NCBI RefSeq assembly: GCF_023055435.1
Contig: NW_025964334.1
Location: forward strand, 11,656,001-11,720,000
Length of the DNA: 64,000 nucleotides
Reading direction: 5' to 3'
Source: Haliotis rufescens
Lineage: Eukaryota
The number at the start of each line of letters is the position of its first letter. Positions within the stretch are counted from its first letter, which is position 1. A model generated the notes under the pieces. The model was given only the letters and a program-made list of their open reading frames with translations, was not told where the DNA came from and did no database searches. Of the stretch, positions 63,033 through 64,000 are shown piece by piece. Made by a program: the position numbers and the translations under genes.

Positions 63033-64000
63033 GTTGCGTATACTCAATTAGAAAATATAGTATTTCTAGTCAAATGAGGTAGTGGTGCATGTGTGTGTGT
63101 GTGTGTGTGTGTGTGGGGGGTGGGGGGTGGGGGGGTGGGGGGGATGTTTAACATTGTGTATTTGTTCATTTGTAAGGCAGCTGTATAATTGAAGACCGAC
63201 TCGTTGGTGTAGTGGATAGTGTGTGCACAGACATCGGAATGTCGGTGGTTCGATCCCCGGCTTTTAAAAGCACTCTCAGCTGAAAGAAATGCTTGCCCTG
63301 ACAATTCTCGAGTACTCTTTGTGCTAATTGCTTTTACGAATATAACTAAAGAAAATGCTTAGAAGTAAGAGTATCCAATGTGGGGAATCAAACCCGGGTC
63401 TTAGGCATGACGAGCAAACGCTTTAATCATTAGGCTACCCCCACCGCCCCCATACACAATACGAAAAATAGTGACTGAAATGGTTTATCGCCGGGGACCA
63501 CCAGAAATAGTTTTCACACATTGTAGCCGTGTGGGGAATCGAACCCGGCCTTCGGCGTGACGAGCGAACGCTTTAAGCTCTAGGCTACCCAACCGCCCCT
63601 ACTAAAAATAAGTTACCCTTGAATGGCATTGTAGCACATGGCATAGAATTTCTCGGGGAAGCTAAACTTTGTTTGTGTACCTGATTCATATTAGTTCTAT
63701 AGGCGACGCGATGTACAGAGTTGCGTCCCTTAGGAGCGCCAGAATCATATGATCCAAGATCTGACCTCTTCTTTATACTCGTTATGTTTCGTGGATCCAG
63801 CTGACACGCCATGTTATAAATGAAATACTGTTCAAAGGTCATAAGCGGCGTTATACCAAACTCACTCACTCACTTTAAATATATACAAAGTAACTGATGA
63901 AGTGAAGGGAAGACGCAGTTGGAAAATGCGGGTTAGACATGAAACCCGAAGACATGAAATTTGTGGAACCCGCTTCGATGGGCGTGGCTTCATCTTTTAC

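Overview
AT-rich, repeat-dense eukaryotic genomic DNA with spliceosomal introns and four assembly gaps. The repeat landscape suggests a mollusc, probably a gastropod such as abalone (inference only). Three host genes are supported. (1) The 3' part of a + strand gene built from phase-1 exons encoding Cys-rich EB/EGF-like modules and PAN/apple domains (368-10424). (2) An unrecognised - strand gene encoding a charged low-complexity/coiled-coil protein (good exons 38937-26352, tentative upstream exons to about 55.8 kb). (3) The first four coding exons of FAM221A (59668-63032, continuing off the window). The rest is mostly mobile DNA: four short retroposon families with TSDs, one near-intact and several decayed Tc1 elements, RTE-X-like, L1/Tx1-like and R4/Dong-like LINE fragments, several MITEs, a solo LTR and four large satellites. 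The most striking element is a complete 428-bp miniature LTR retrotransposon (28878-29305) whose LTRs each carry a tRNA-like Pol III promoter, with a tRNA-Lys PBS, a PPT and a 4-bp TSD (Helenus/TRIM type). Second is an abundant retroposon with no tRNA head whose fixed 5' end can fold into a pseudoknot. All calls were made by eye; repeat boundaries are approximate unless a TSD or TIR is quoted.
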